Shown piece by piece: positions 17,956 to 25,641 of a DNA stretch of 58,912 nt. The position numbers and the translations under genes are program-made. Source of the stretch: Oscillospiraceae bacterium (GTDB taxonomy: Bacteria; Bacillota; Clostridia; Oscillospirales; UBA644); the NCBI GenBank assembly GCA_015067385.1, contig SVMP01000001.1:1-58912 (forward strand). The letters run 5' to 3'. Position 1 is the first letter of the stretch. Every line of letters starts with the position of its first letter. Under the pieces are notes generated by a model. The model was not told the DNA's origin. It saw nothing but the letters and a program-made list of their open reading frames with translations, and made no database searches.

Positions 17956-18615
17956 TTGAAAAAATATTATGATGTTCTGAAAAAATGTCCGCTCTTCGAT
18001 AATATTGAAGAACATGACCTTTTTACAATGCTCACTTGCCTGAACGCAAAAACGGTGTCTTTTGATAAAAAATATACGATATTCGCAGAAGGCTCGCCTG
18101 CAAAGCTTATCGGTATCGTTCTTTCCGGCTCTGCTCAGATATTTCAGGTCGATTATTACGGAAACCGCAGTATTCTTGCCGAGATCGGTCCCTCCGAGGT
18201 CTTTGCCGAGGATTTTGCGTGTGCCGAGATTTCGGCAATGCCCGTATCAATTATTGCCAATGAGCCTGCCGAAGTTATGCTTATAGACTGCGACCATATT
18301 CTTCATACCTGCAAAAACAGCTGTGGCTTTCATCAACAGCTCATTTTTAATCTCATGAAAGACCTTGCAACGAAAACCATACATTTTCATCAGAAAATAG
18401 AAATAACATCCAAACGTACCACCCGTGATAAGCTTCTGACATATCTCATGTTTCAATCAAAAAAATTCGACAGCAATTCGTTTTCGATTCCTTTCGACAG
18501 ACAGGAGCTTGCGGATTTTCTCGAGGTTGACAGGAGCGGCCTTTCGTCCGAGATAAGTAAATTAAAAAAAGAGGGCATAATCAACAGCCGAAAAAATTTC
18601 TTCGAGCTTCTTTGA
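17956..18615 (+). CDS. Crp/Fnr family transcriptional regulator
   Basis: cNMP-binding-like N-domain (CPLFDNIEEHDL...) and a C-terminal HTH (RQELADFLEVDRSGLSSEISKLKKEGII). The TTG at 17956 lies 6 nt after AAAGGAG and is preferred to the upstream track start. Confidence 0.85.
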   Translation: MKKYYDVLKKCPLFDNIEEHDLFTMLTCLNAKTVSFDKKYTIFAEGSPAKLIGIVLSGSAQIFQVDYYGNRSILAEIGPSEVFAEDFACAEISAMPVSIIANEPAEVMLIDCDHILHTCKNSCGFHQQLIFNLMKDLATKTIHFHQKIEITSKRTTRDKLLTYLMFQSKKFDSNSFSIPFDRQELADFLEVDRSGLSSEISKLKKEGIINSRKNFFELL

Positions 18616-18637
18616 TCATACCCATTTTCTGCTTATT

Positions 18638-19426
18638 TTACCCAAACGCCTCGATCGCCGAGATCAGTTTGAGCTTTTCAATATCGATCTTGTCCCGTCC
18701 GTACGCATCGATAAACCGTGAAGCGTATTTGTCCGTTTTGAGATTGAATTCGAGCGTCCATATCGCCCAGTAAAGGTCGATGTGCCTGTCTGCAATGCCG
18801 CCGTTTCCGAGATCGATAAATGCGCTGAAATTCCAGTTGTTAAGAACGATGTTAGGCAAACAGTAGTCACCGTGAATGAGCGTATCTCTGCAAAGACTGC
18901 CTTTTTCACGTTCCGCTATCTCAAAAACTTCTTTTGCGGACATATTTCTGTATTCTTCACAACAGTACGACGGGTCAAACATCCCTGCTTCGTAATTCGC
19001 TTTTAACGTCTGCAAATACTCCGCAGTTCTGTCTTTTATCGGGCATCCGTCACCGCTTGTTTCGTGTAAACAACGCAATCTCTCCGCCAAAATATCTGTA
19101 AGTCTTTCGGGGTCTTCGAGATATTTTGCAAAAGTGCAGTCCTCACCCTCGACTTTTCTCGTCAACAGCCAGTCTTTTTCGTTTTGAACATAACAGAGAA
19201 CCTTCGCAGCCAAGCCCTTTTTATGAAAATACCGAGTCATCTCGGCTTCTTTTTTCAGAGTTCCGATAGGGGAGGCTTTGAGATAATATCCGTCGTCTTT
19301 ATCAATAAAAAATACTTTTGCTTCGGGCGAGCAGCTGCTGTCGTATATCTTTGCGTCTTTTATTATTTCAACCGTCTCTTTCGGAAAATATGAAAGATCG
19401 GGGTTTTCGATAAGTGTTCGTTTCAT
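18638..19426 (-). CDS. aminoglycoside 3'-phosphotransferase-like kinase (APH family)
   Basis: 262 aa. Catalytic loop IHGDYCLPNIVL and DLGNGGIADRHIDL match the APH(3') HGDxxxxN / DxGxxGxADRxxD motifs. Confidence 0.78.
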   Translation of the reverse strand: MKRTLIENPDLSYFPKETVEIIKDAKIYDSSCSPEAKVFFIDKDDGYYLKASPIGTLKKEAEMTRYFHKKGLAAKVLCYVQNEKDWLLTRKVEGEDCTFAKYLEDPERLTDILAERLRCLHETSGDGCPIKDRTAEYLQTLKANYEAGMFDPSYCCEEYRNMSAKEVFEIAEREKGSLCRDTLIHGDYCLPNIVLNNWNFSAFIDLGNGGIADRHIDLYWAIWTLEFNLKTDKYASRFIDAYGRDKIDIEKLKLISAIEAFG

Positions 19427-19435
19427 TTTCTCCTT

Positions 19436-19470
19436 AAAAATACCTCCAAGCCTTTCGGTTTGGAGGTATT
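19436..19470 (-). terminator. rho-independent terminator after small membrane protein gene
   Basis: Stem TACCTCCAA(GCC) / (GGT)TTGGAGGTA with a TTTC loop. The A-run 19436-19440 gives a U-tract on the minus strand. Confidence 0.6.
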
Positions 19471-19481
19471 TGTGTCATGTC

Positions 19482-19727
19482 TTATTTTTTAAGTACGCCG
19501 AGGAAGTTTACAATGCAGAGAACTATACCTACAAGATTGTAGATGCCCATAAGAGAACCGAGGATAGAGAAAATAATTCCGATAATGGGAAGACCTGCAA
19601 GGATACCGATAAGGAAACCTATAATTGCAGTAATAACAAGGAAGATAACGAGCTGAACGACCAGCGAAACGATATCTTTCTCTTTAACTCTGAAAGTTGT
19701 GGGCCAAAGTTTCTTCAAAAAATCCAT
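19482..19727 (-). CDS. small integral membrane protein (2 TM), unknown function
   Basis: 81-aa ORF with a GGAG-type RBS, two long hydrophobic helices and its own terminator. Confidence 0.6.
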   Translation of the reverse strand: MDFLKKLWPTTFRVKEKDIVSLVVQLVIFLVITAIIGFLIGILAGLPIIGIIFSILGSLMGIYNLVGIVLCIVNFLGVLKK

Positions 19728-19811
19728 GACTATATCTCCTTTTTTTATTTGTTTAATTAATTATATCACAAAAAAGTCGGTTTGTAAAGAGCTTTTTCGT
19801 TTTTTGTCGAT

Positions 19812-21977
19812 TTAAAACGAAACAGTTATTTTTACGGGCTTTGCGTTCGATCTAAAAGCGAAATATGTCGTCTCACTTTCGGGATCGTATTCGAAAACAA
19901 GCTCCTCGGTCTGTTTGCCCTCGGTTGCGGTTATTTTCTTCGGAGCACGCTTCGTCCAAACCCTGCACGACGCAGTCATTTCGGAAGGACCTTCCGCAGT
20001 AAATCTGATCGAACGGCTCGAATGAATTATCTTTTTCGCTCTTGCCGAAAGCGCAATAAGCTCGGAACCCTGCGTTTTATCGATTTTCGAAACATCATAC
20101 CAAAGTCCGATCTCTCCCGCTTTTATTTCGGGGTCTTTTACCGTTCGCAAACGTGAATCAAACATATCGATAAACAGTCCGTCAAGATTGAAACTGCCTT
20201 CGTTTCCCTCGTCAAGCATCGATGTGACGTAATATGCACCTCTTCGAAGTGCGAATTTTGACGAGCTTTCCGCATGAACGAGATCCAAAACCGAATTTCT
20301 GTATTCATCGCAGAGTTCGGGTTCGGTAGCCAAAGCCTTCGGCTGTTTGCCGATAATTAAAACTTTTCCTTTTTCAACGTCATACCTGCCGCCGCTTGCT
20401 TCTTTCCCGATTCCGAGAACTTCAAACAGATGCTCCGCAGGCGAATCGTATTCGTTCTGACCGTCGTTCCACCATTCACGAACCTTGTTGAACGGATCCG
20501 AGCCGTCTCCGACGTAAACAAGCGTTCCGCCGTTTTTTACCCAGCCCGCGATCGCCTGGTTTATATCGGGCGAGGACGGCTTCATGTATTCGTACGATAA
20601 AATCAGAACGCTGTAACCGTCAAGATACGTTGCAAATCTTCTGATGTTGTCTAACTGAACGGGACGCACCGCAATTCCCGATTTCAACAGCGGAAGGGAA
20701 AGACCGTAGAATGATGTGAATTCAATGCTGTCATCTCCGCCGTCTTCGGGGCATATCCGTTGAAACATCGCAGAGTCCGCCATCAATAAGCCGACTTCCG
20801 GTGTTTTTGTTATCCATTCGCTGTCAGGTTGGTCTGCCATGTCCCGAAGCGTGTGCATAACGGTCAGAAGATTCGTTTTGTATTCGGACGGTATTTTTAT
20901 CATGAGTTCGTCGGGGATCGTGAAATCTTTTATGTCGTTGCCGTCTTCGATCCATTTTTTCTTTTGAACATCGATCTTTGCCGCCGTTTCTTCGTTTTCA
21001 ATGTGTTTTCCCTGCATTACACGTCTCGGCCACGGGCAAACCTCGTAGCTTGAAACTTCCGGATGAAACAGCGATGCAACGACCGTTTTGTAATAATTCT
21101 CACGGTAATCCTGCCATGTGTGCCGCTGATCGTCTTCTATCGGGTCCGCAAGAAACCACATTTTTCTTCCGGTGCCTCGAACAAGCTCCTGCATAACCCC
21201 GTATTCAAGAAACGCCGTCTCAAACGTACGCTCTTTTTTTACGCCTCGGTAGTAGTTCGGCGGTCTTGATGTTCCCGTCCATATCTGCGCAATGTAGCCG
21301 TCTATTGTCGGCAGATCGATAAGCGCCGATTCGGGAGAGATTATTTTCCATTGAGAATAGTTTATCAGAGAATGGGTCGGAACGTAAAACCGAAGAAGAC
21401 GTCCGTATTTTACCATTGCGTATTCCTTAAGCTCCGAGCATAAGCGGTCAAGCGTCCTCGTGTAAAGATACTGCTTTAACTTCGAGGCTCTGTACTGCGC
21501 GTCGCATGAGCTTTGCGGATCTTGCCACGGCTCTTTGTAATATATCTGCCAGTCCCGTTTGAACGCTTCCGAATATCCCGCCTCGACCCAGAATTCAGGC
21601 TCTTCAAGATGTATCGCTTCAACTCCCGCATCGACTGCTCCCTTGAGCTTTTCCGCAAGAAAATGCGCAAAGGAGTTTGACGGTACCATATACGGAATAT
21701 TCCCGCCGTGTTTTATTTCGCTGTCTTTTTTTCTCTGACCTTCATCCGTGTGGTCAATTCCGTCGAATTTGCCGAAAAGGTAGTCATTGTAACTTCCCCA
21801 TGAAACACCTGTCATAAGATGAATGACGTACCCTTTTTCTTTCCATTTTTTTACACGTTTTTTAATGTCATTAACTCCGTAGACCATTACGAAATCGCAC
21901 TGTACATCAAATTCAGAGCTGTACGCCGCCGCTTCCTGTATACCGGTCCGCTCTTGGTTTCGGTCATATTCCTTCAT
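19812..21977 (-). CDS. conserved hypothetical protein, possibly glycoside-hydrolase-like TIM barrel
   Basis: 721-aa uninterrupted ORF with a GGGGAG RBS, 21 nt downstream of the SGNH gene. No signal peptide. Functional call is tentative, based only on HLEEPEFW-type barrel-like strands and context. Confidence 0.5.
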   Translation of the reverse strand: MKEYDRNQERTGIQEAAAYSSEFDVQCDFVMVYGVNDIKKRVKKWKEKGYVIHLMTGVSWGSYNDYLFGKFDGIDHTDEGQRKKDSEIKHGGNIPYMVPSNSFAHFLAEKLKGAVDAGVEAIHLEEPEFWVEAGYSEAFKRDWQIYYKEPWQDPQSSCDAQYRASKLKQYLYTRTLDRLCSELKEYAMVKYGRLLRFYVPTHSLINYSQWKIISPESALIDLPTIDGYIAQIWTGTSRPPNYYRGVKKERTFETAFLEYGVMQELVRGTGRKMWFLADPIEDDQRHTWQDYRENYYKTVVASLFHPEVSSYEVCPWPRRVMQGKHIENEETAAKIDVQKKKWIEDGNDIKDFTIPDELMIKIPSEYKTNLLTVMHTLRDMADQPDSEWITKTPEVGLLMADSAMFQRICPEDGGDDSIEFTSFYGLSLPLLKSGIAVRPVQLDNIRRFATYLDGYSVLILSYEYMKPSSPDINQAIAGWVKNGGTLVYVGDGSDPFNKVREWWNDGQNEYDSPAEHLFEVLGIGKEASGGRYDVEKGKVLIIGKQPKALATEPELCDEYRNSVLDLVHAESSSKFALRRGAYYVTSMLDEGNEGSFNLDGLFIDMFDSRLRTVKDPEIKAGEIGLWYDVSKIDKTQGSELIALSARAKKIIHSSRSIRFTAEGPSEMTASCRVWTKRAPKKITATEGKQTEELVFEYDPESETTYFAFRSNAKPVKITVSF

Positions 21978-21998
21978 TCTAAACGTCTCCCCGATCGT

Positions 21999-22724
21999 TT
22001 AAAATTCAACGGTTTCAAGCCATCTGTCTGCCATCAGTCTGTGCCCTGCCATCGTCGGATGAACATTGTCCCATATAAGATATGACGGAGCTACTTTTTT
22101 TGCCCATTCGTCAAATATATCCTGGAACGGAACATACGCAAGTCCGTATTTCTTTGCAATGTTCGGAAGCTCTTTCTGCATCGGAGCAAGGCGTTCATAA
22201 TAGTTTTTTACGGTCTCGTCGGTCGTGTTGATGTTTCCGAAAATAAAGTCGGCTTCGCATTTTGCGCTCGGAATATCTTCATACGGGTCTCCGTCTGTCC
22301 TCGAATCGAGATAAAACGGCTCGCAAAGAATTATTTTAACATCCGGAAGCGCATCTTTTGTCTTCTTTATCAACATTTCGACCGTGTCAAGATATTTTTT
22401 TACAAATTCTTCTACCGGAGCATTGAGATTTCGCATAATATCGTTGATTCCGGTGAGCAGGCTTACAACGTTCGGTCTGTATTTTATAACATCCTCGTCC
22501 CAGCGAGCGGCAATATCCTGCGTCGTCTGTCCCGAAATGCCTTTATTTATGAATTTCGGCATATTTTCAAGATTGTCCGCCGCAAGTCTTGCGCAGACCA
22601 TTTCCGCATACCCATGACCCATTATATGATTGAGGTCCATGCAAAGACCTCTGCCGCCGTGCGTTATCGAGTCGCCGATAAACACAACCGTATCTTTTTT
22701 ATTTAATTTGATCATTTTTATCAC
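21999..22724 (-). CDS. SGNH/GDSL family hydrolase (esterase)
   Basis: Block I VVFIGDSITHGG, block III GINDI and C-terminal D.VHP are diagnostic of SGNH hydrolases. Confidence 0.85.
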   Translation of the reverse strand: MIKMIKLNKKDTVVFIGDSITHGGRGLCMDLNHIMGHGYAEMVCARLAADNLENMPKFINKGISGQTTQDIAARWDEDVIKYRPNVVSLLTGINDIMRNLNAPVEEFVKKYLDTVEMLIKKTKDALPDVKIILCEPFYLDSRTDGDPYEDIPSAKCEADFIFGNINTTDETVKNYYERLAPMQKELPNIAKKYGLAYVPFQDIFDEWAKKVAPSYLIWDNVHPTMAGHRLMADRWLETVEF

Positions 22725-22786
22725 CCATCACTTTCGCAAATTAAATGCTTCTTTAACTAAGTCCGAAAATTTGTTTTTCCGATTTG

Positions 22787-22815
22787 ATTATAGCACTTTT
22801 GTCTGAAAAAGTCAA
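22787..22815 (-). promoter_or_regulatory. putative sigma-A promoter proximal to SGNH hydrolase operon
   Basis: Minus strand: TTGACT (22815-22810), 17 nt, TATAAT (22792-22787) preceded by TGC. Confidence 0.5.
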
Positions 22816-22864
22816 TAAAAAAGCACTTTTGTTCCTCCATGATCAAGCACGAGGTCAAAAGTGC
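22816..22864 (-). terminator. rho-independent terminator with no upstream minus-strand CDS
   Basis: Minus-sense arms GCACTTTTGaCCTC (22864-22851) and GAGGaaCAAAAGTGC (22837-22823), 13-nt loop, then TTTTTT (22822-22817). Confidence 0.6.
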
Positions 22865-22953
22865 AAAAGCACAACAGGATGGGCGGTGTATCCATCATCT
22901 CAGGTACTTCAAAGAAGTGTGTCGGGAACCTTTTTCGACCTCAATTGTGCTTA
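22816..22953 (-). ncRNA. candidate structured RNA (about 135 nt): stand-alone sRNA or riboswitch-like leader
   Basis: Has its own promoter (22959-22987), a closing helix AAGCACAA/TTGTGCTT around three short hairpins, an intrinsic terminator and an alternative antiterminator pairing. No convincing ORF or RBS. Confidence 0.35.
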
Positions 22954-22958
22954 ATGTA

Positions 22959-22987
22959 AGTATATTCCTTATAGGTCTGTTTGTCAA
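22959..22987 (-). promoter_or_regulatory. putative sigma-A promoter for the candidate RNA
   Basis: Minus strand: TTGACA (22987-22982), 17 nt, TATACT (22964-22959). Confidence 0.5.
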
Positions 22988-23096
22988 TAGTATTGATCAT
23001 TTATGCGATGACGTGCTATTAATATCTGCTTGTTCATAATTAAAAGTATTTTTTAAAACCATTGGTTTAACTGATTAGAAATTCATCAAAACACTC

Positions 23097-23125
23097 TTGA
23101 CAAAAAGTGATTAGATGTGTATAAT
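23097..23125 (+). promoter_or_regulatory. consensus sigma-A promoter for the AT-rich four-gene cassette
   Basis: TTGACA (23097-23102), 17 nt, TATAAT (23120-23125) preceded by TGTG (extended -10). It lies inside the track ORF starting at 23115, which argues for the 23166 start. Confidence 0.6.
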
Positions 23126-23165
23126 ATCAGTGTGGACGAAAACAATAGAAAGGTTGATATTCTAT

Positions 23166-23657
23166 ATGAACAAGCAAGAAATATTTAACGGGTTATGGAC
23201 TATTACAAAAGAAAAGCATAATGCTTGTAAAGAGGATGCGTCATTAGTAGATAAACATCATCCTACGGAACGAGGAGCTTTGCAACTAAAGGTCGGTATT
23301 TATAATGTTGCTGTTGCCGCCGGGCTCATCTCAGGAATAGATCGGGCAATCGAACTGATGAGCGAGAGATTTAAGAATTTAATACAGCATTTTCCAGACC
23401 TTGCTGACTATTATTACACGTTGCCTGATGATCAAAAAGAACTCATGGAGATTTCGCTCTACCCCGAAGTTTTTATGAGAGTCAACTTCTATAATACATA
23501 CAATAACGATCTTGAACAAGCCGAGAAGGATGGAGATCCGCAAACGATCTTTAAGGCAAGAATCAAAAAAGAAGTACTCGACGATATTTTGAATATGTGG
23601 CGAGACTTCCGCGTTCAAAACGAATTGTTTGCTTTCGCTTTTGAAAAGGAGTGTTAA
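23166..23657 (+). CDS. hypothetical protein (163 aa, helical, no recognised domain)
   Basis: ATG at 23166 follows GAAAGG and lies downstream of the promoter. AT-rich codon usage differs from the flanking genes. Confidence 0.55.
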   Translation: MNKQEIFNGLWTITKEKHNACKEDASLVDKHHPTERGALQLKVGIYNVAVAAGLISGIDRAIELMSERFKNLIQHFPDLADYYYTLPDDQKELMEISLYPEVFMRVNFYNTYNNDLEQAEKDGDPQTIFKARIKKEVLDDILNMWRDFRVQNELFAFAFEKEC

Positions 23658-23660
23658 TTA

Positions 23661-24194
23661 ATGAACGATTATTCAATTCACGTATTAAACGGAAAAGTGA
23701 TCGGAAATTCTGTTTTCTATCTTTTAGCCGATGATTGTTTTCGCAAAGAGTGCAGAAGACTTCATGATTTTACGAATAATCTTGATAAAATGCCTGCAGA
23801 GAAGAAGAAAAACATTGCAGAATATAAATGTGCCAAATACCGCTATGCAGCTGTATCCTTAATTCACGGTATTATTTATAATAATAACGAATGCCGGACA
23901 AAGTTCAACCTTGAAAAATATCATTATTTGATACAGCCTTTTGATGAAATGTTCAAAGAGCATTCTGAATATTTGGCTTTGTATGAATCTGCCTCTGCGG
24001 ATGAAAAACCTGATTATAGTTTGTATTATATGGCGCTGGTGTTTACGGAAAGAGAGCTTTCGAATCTCAATGTTAAGAAACAGAATGCAAACGATTGGGA
24101 AAAAGTTGAACTTGAAGAACGTATCGGTGGATTACAATTTGCAAAAGAGTGTCTTAACGATGCCTGGCAGAAGAGAAAGGGTGAAGTACAGTGA
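23661..24194 (+). CDS. hypothetical protein (177 aa), possible distant paralogue of the preceding gene
   Basis: Starts 3 nt after the previous stop. Weak local similarity to the upstream product: VAVAAGLISGI vs YAAVSLIHGI, and LIQHFPDL vs LIQPFDEM. Confidence 0.55.
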   Translation: MNDYSIHVLNGKVIGNSVFYLLADDCFRKECRRLHDFTNNLDKMPAEKKKNIAEYKCAKYRYAAVSLIHGIIYNNNECRTKFNLEKYHYLIQPFDEMFKEHSEYLALYESASADEKPDYSLYYMALVFTERELSNLNVKKQNANDWEKVELEERIGGLQFAKECLNDAWQKRKGEVQ

Positions 24195-24724
24195 AAGAAA
24201 AGCTTGAACTTTTAAAGTTGCTTGCTGATGAAACCCGTCTTGATATTCTCAACCTTCTTTTAAAAGAGGATTCATACGTTGAAAAAATTGCATGTGAACT
24301 ATCACTGACACCTGCCACCATTTGTTATCATCTGAAAAAAATGGAAGCAGCGGGGATTGTTAACTGTTCCCGTTCACAATTCTACATTATCTATTCTCTG
24401 AACCGTGAGATTTTTGAAAAACCACTTTTGGAATTGATAAAAAAAGATAAAGTAATTATAGATACAGAAGAAAAATATAAAAAAGAGGTCATTTCAAACT
24501 TTTTCAAATACGGCAGATTGACGCAAATTCCCACTCAAAGAAAAAAGCGTGAGATCGTTCTTTCTGAAATACTTAAACAGTTTGATTTTGACCGTATGTA
24601 TGATGAAAAAGAAGTCAACGAGATCATTTTGCATTATCATGATGATTTTTGTACAATTCGACGTGAAATGATTGCATTCGGTATGATGTCACGTAATTAT
24701 GAAAAATATAAACGAATAAAATGA
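24191..24724 (+). CDS. ArsR-type winged-HTH regulator with DUF2087-like C-terminal domain
   Basis: LADETRLDILNLL......VEKIA..L.LTPATICYHLKKMEAAGIV is an ArsR/SmtB HTH. The C-terminal half resembles DUF2087. 4-nt overlap with the upstream gene. Confidence 0.75.
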   Translation: MKEKLELLKLLADETRLDILNLLLKEDSYVEKIACELSLTPATICYHLKKMEAAGIVNCSRSQFYIIYSLNREIFEKPLLELIKKDKVIIDTEEKYKKEVISNFFKYGRLTQIPTQRKKREIVLSEILKQFDFDRMYDEKEVNEIILHYHDDFCTIRREMIAFGMMSRNYEKYKRIK

Positions 24725-24933
24725 ATAATACAATACGTATAGGCGAATATATATTGAATTATCGCAAAGAACGAGGATTATCTCAAGGAGAGTTCGGTTC
24801 TCTTTTGGGGGTAAGTGCTTATGCTGTGTCAAAATGGGAAAGAAAACTTTGTTATCCCGATATTTTCTTGCTACGCGATATTTCAGATATTATCGGTGTT
24901 TCAATAGATGAAATGTTTCGAAAAAACGAATAA
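24721..24933 (+). CDS. XRE family helix-turn-helix regulator (70 aa)
   Basis: IGEYILNYRKERGLSQGEFGSLLGVSAYAVSKWERKLCYPDI is a canonical HTH_3 domain. ATGA overlap with the upstream gene. Confidence 0.8.
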   Translation: MNNTIRIGEYILNYRKERGLSQGEFGSLLGVSAYAVSKWERKLCYPDIFLLRDISDIIGVSIDEMFRKNE

Positions 24934-24944
24934 AGCAGTTATTT

Positions 24945-24977
24945 AAAAAGGAGTACGATTTTCGTACTCCTTTAGAT
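24945..24977. terminator. bidirectional rho-independent terminator
   Basis: Stem AAGGAGTACG (24948-24957) / CGTACTCCTT (24963-24972) with ATTTT loop, flanked by an A-run and a T-rich tail. Lies between convergent genes. Confidence 0.7.
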
Positions 24978-25562
24978 TTATTTTTTCTTTTTGAATTCGA
25001 TAAGTCTGTAAATAGACGGGCTGAGGATGATGTTTGCGATAAGTTCAAACACGAAATTCAGTCCTACGTAGAAAAGAATTATATATGCGCCTACCGAAAG
25101 ACCTTCAGCTGCAGCGCCGCTGTTGACTGCATCCATAAAGAAAACGAAGCAGCCGCAGACAAACAGACCTGTGTTAACAACGGGACAAACGATCGCACTT
25201 ACGATAACAGCGATATATTTGTTTACGTTTTTGAGAAGATTGTACGTTAAACCTGCCAAAAAACCTGCCGCAATGCCTTTTAACAGTACAGTTATGACTG
25301 TTCCCGGAACGCTCATTCCAAACCAGAACATTGCGTCTGCCGTTGTGAAAAAGACAAGACCCGAAACTGCTCCGAGCCATGCGCCTGCGATAGGTCCGCA
25401 GATCGCCGCACCGAGTACGACCGGTATCAACGTCAACGAAATTGACGCAAAGCCGCCGATCTTGATGAAGCCGCCGAGGTATGAAAGTATCGCCACAAGC
25501 GCCGTGAGTAATGCTAAAAGCGCTATTCTTTCGATCTTTGCCCTCTCTGTTGTTGTATTCAT
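24978..25562 (-). CDS. ECF transporter S component (substrate-capture subunit; pantothenate specificity suggested only by adjacency to coaX)
   Basis: 194-aa six-TM protein with the usual ECF-S organisation. Lies immediately downstream of type III pantothenate kinase. Confidence 0.75.
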   Translation of the reverse strand: MNTTTERAKIERIALLALLTALVAILSYLGGFIKIGGFASISLTLIPVVLGAAICGPIAGAWLGAVSGLVFFTTADAMFWFGMSVPGTVITVLLKGIAAGFLAGLTYNLLKNVNKYIAVIVSAIVCPVVNTGLFVCGCFVFFMDAVNSGAAAEGLSVGAYIILFYVGLNFVFELIANIILSPSIYRLIEFKKKK

Positions 25563-25641
25563 TAAATTTTCCTCCTTGCTGTCGTCCGCTTATGCGGTAC
25601 AACGCAAATAAATTTATATCAACCGCTTTCGCGGCAATATA

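Noticed and set aside
22792-22832. 11-bp direct repeat AGCACTTTTGT (22792-22802 and 22822-22832), considered as a mobile-element boundary
   Set aside because: One copy is the spacer of the SGNH promoter and the other is the terminator 3' arm. Both are explained by regulatory structure, and no matching repeat was seen at the far end of the cassette.
22868-22895. Possible 28-codon peptide (MMDTPPILLCFCTFDLVLDHGGTKVLFY) inside the candidate RNA, considered as a type I toxin
   Set aside because: There is no usable RBS upstream of the ATG. The hydrophobic stretch is too short for a membrane helix. The ORF ends inside the terminator stem. It is kept only as a remote alternative.
22839-23039. 66-aa plus-strand ORF in the 22.8-23.1 kb intergenic region
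   Set aside because: It has no Shine-Dalgarno; the nearby CCTCC is in the wrong orientation. It runs antisense through the minus-strand promoter, structured RNA and terminator unit, which explains the sequence better.
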